A stretch of DNA of 64,000 nucleotides from a virus. Each line of letters begins with the position of its first letter. The stretch's first letter is position 1. The stretch lies in IMG/VR virus record IMGVR_UViG_3300045988_149572, one strand, 5' to 3'. The notes beneath the pieces are model-generated. The model had not been told where the DNA came from. It saw only the letters and a list, made by a program, of their open reading frames with translations, and searched no databases. The translations under genes and the position numbers were made by a program. Below, piece after piece: positions 63,201 to 64,000 of the stretch.

Positions 63201-64000
63201 AGATGCACGCAGAGATAGTGTCTCCAAAGGACGCAGACGGAAGGTTCGTTGTCAATGTGGATGATGGCGAGTCTATGCGCACTCTGTATGTCACCCCTGA
63301 GGAGTTGGCTGCAATGGAATACAGAGAGGAGCCATCGACAAAGGCGGAAGAGACAAGGCTTGCCACCGAGGATTCCTCGGATAAGGCATTGGAGAGAGGA
63401 GCGCAACCGACAGAAGAACACGCCCCGACTGCGCTTGAGCGTATTCCGAGAGATGAAAAAGGCAACGCTCAATTCCACGATGTTGACACCGAGACCGCTT
63501 GGGACGGTCTCGTGGAGATGTCGGGCAACGAGGAAACCGCACATAAGGTGGCGGAAGCATCGCTCGCCAATGCCGAGAAGAGGTTGAAGGCGGCAAAGGC
63601 ACTGAAGGAGAAAGGCGAGACCCCGGAAGAATTGTTGCGGTCAATCAAGGAAAACGAGGCGGCAGTGGCGGAGGCACAGAGAGTGGTTGATGCTTGGAAG
63701 GCCATCGTAGGCGAGAAAGCACGCAGAGAGGAAGCCGCCAAGGCGGAGGCGGAGAGAAAAGCCGCTGAGGAGCGTGAACGTGCCGAGGCAGAGGAGAAGC
63801 GTATTGCCGAGGAAAAAGCCGAAGCTGAGAGGAAAGCGCAGGAAGAGCGCGAACGTGCTGAGGAGGAACGTGACAGAATAGAGGCGGAACTCGACGCACA
63901 GAAAGCAGACGAGGAGGCGCGCCTTGAAGCGGAAAGAAAAGCAGAGGAGGAAGCGGTGGAGAAAGACGCGGAACTGAAAGAGGATAAGAAAAAACCGCAA
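60215..64000 (+). CDS. N-terminal >1262 aa of a giant protein, unterminated at the window edge
   Basis: ATG at 60215, then 1262 sense codons with no stop through base 64000 (translated by hand). Absent from the ORF track only because it lacks a stop. All minus-strand ORFs listed here are shadows. Ends in a long E/K/A/R coiled-coil region. Confidence 0.8.
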   Translation, partial: MADLNKIYNALREKGVVTKSYEEFANAMADGNKRKNVYNALAQQGLITKSYKQFSDAVAPSHAPQTTQSTSTAPRNNDWVKQGLSVLKGVPSMPTPNIPSYRPTPLKPSEQNFDEIIANGFVYKDDNTYNSVVSGLDERIKQAQQQYDALLKQHSQNVKKGRKEASFWERLGAMPDVDDVPTKTSDDVLTPESDQLRAARETLHRLQNTRVQLERGRESKTQGEELDKRKKNGSGLLERAAYKTAISLENFGKGFMDALRGSDMWATNDAANDLMAVKNIVHKVDKWNALTDKEKSAMTSDDLLKVKPTDEELEILNNYALAYNVNAQAQDPISSNWSYKAGGVSANSALFGIEMAASGGMNVSSSAGRAIEKGALKLSQKAVKNGLEKLVGKTFEKSLARKIAGGVGQLPVQFGMGALESTVLQNGLTERKAQEYEIGTPLMSMDENGALRYSGSLGKLDAKGAHNRALVEQTIENQTEMLGGQIGEVLGGLTKVGVKVLNKMKLGENITKLMTDVSSNQFNRIMNNALNTAGYNGFLGEYLEEHAGDVEQALFLGTMTFDTDPETGIYNKEHILETMSGLAPMMGGHMVMEGTSYGASRARMAMMLSMAERKGSKLFGDERWAQVKQSLGGLDNQQFADKLSSMLQDKTLSDKQKKAVYNYAFYEKARQGFELMSLKQDMEGAVSLIDKNSRTNFVIGYKKGGQAAGELLTNLQKAQRNLRVRLGDYGYRQLFEENGDDFNKAYNSGMLDTDQKKQAYLDYVNALSCYQGALQRLHNDKKSELVNAKTDVDNIMDEQGNIVSATTTDGKKVNIVNGNVVLNEDGSVNVEKSGSLVVVDSDGKRKMISASEVASVDSVTKASDVLAQKNKEIVDKYATEEMSQKIQVGAQLPILTPNGSVIATIVSVNEDGSVSFKMGDSENIITTDAYNLYVMNLNAEVSSALREDDDAEQSTESVPEVATEGERPLTDVPSPAEESREYAQGDVFDVVVDGNKMHAEIVSPKDADGRFVVNVDDGESMRTLYVTPEELAAMEYREEPSTKAEETRLATEDSSDKALERGAQPTEEHAPTALERIPRDEKGNAQFHDVDTETAWDGLVEMSGNEETAHKVAEASLANAEKRLKAAKALKEKGETPEELLRSIKENEAAVAEAQRVVDAWKAIVGEKARREEAAKAEAERKAAEERERAEAEEKRIAEEKAEAERKAQEERERAEEERDRIEAELDAQKADEEARLEAERKAEEEAVEKDAELKEDKKKPQ

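Noticed and set aside
60224-64000. Minus-strand ORFs up to 174 aa listed at the right end of the window.
   Set aside because: The plus frame starting at 60215 is open for 1262 codons and reads as a coherent protein. The minus-strand ORFs are antisense shadows. The true ORF is missing from the track only because it has no stop in the window.
1-64000. Diversity-generating retroelement or retron (looked for because of fibre genes and structured RNA).
   Set aside because: No reverse-transcriptase-like ORF (no YxDD motif context) was seen in any frame. No template/variable repeat pair was seen near the fibre genes.

Overview
The window reads as almost one complete mobile genome: a temperate dsDNA phage or prophage of a Bacteroidota host. 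Host evidence is TAnnTTTG -7 promoter boxes at most operon starts, plus a Bacteroides-type tyrosine integrase. No rRNA gene, CRISPR array or obvious host housekeeping gene is visible. All homology calls come from motifs I recognise in the translations; no database search was run.

Gene order:
- 1-8685: C-terminal >2890 aa of a giant polyvalent protein, open at the left window edge.
- 8702-10693: portal candidate.
- 13940-10690 (minus): packaging operon with terL and an embedded rhomboid protease gene.
- 14043-23286: scaffold, major capsid and several fibre-like proteins. I recognised no tail tube or tape-measure gene, so the virion looks podovirus-like.
- 23372-26687: holin, M15 endolysin and a u-spanin candidate, split by a foreign-looking XRE-ImmA cassette.
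- 26861-29243: a block of small orphan genes.
- 29354-30928: integrase and a candidate attP with five TTGCACAACA repeats.
- 50016-30929 (minus): long early operon. It carries ERF annealase, a PD-(D/E)XK exonuclease, an SSB-like protein, NinB-like, RuvC, a replisome organizer with internal iterons, DnaB, dUTPase, two DNA methyltransferases, an IS110-family insertion and a PLC-like phosphodiesterase.
- 50114-50781: CDS-free gap holding four non-canonical tRNA-like modules.
- 51648-52899: lysogeny switch, followed by membrane/lipoprotein genes and several XRE regulators.
- 58195-64000: rightward operon that ends in an unterminated >1262-aa ORF running off the right edge. This ORF is missing from the supplied ORF track because it has no stop.

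Most unusual items:
- The anticodon-less tRNA-like array.
- A rhomboid protease in the packaging operon, paired with a capsid protein carrying an N-terminal transmembrane-like propeptide.
- A cytosine-5 methyltransferase with about nine target-recognition-like modules, whose frame breaks partly at G10 and G13 tracts.
- The IS110 element with a candidate bridge RNA.
- The giant polyvalent protein.
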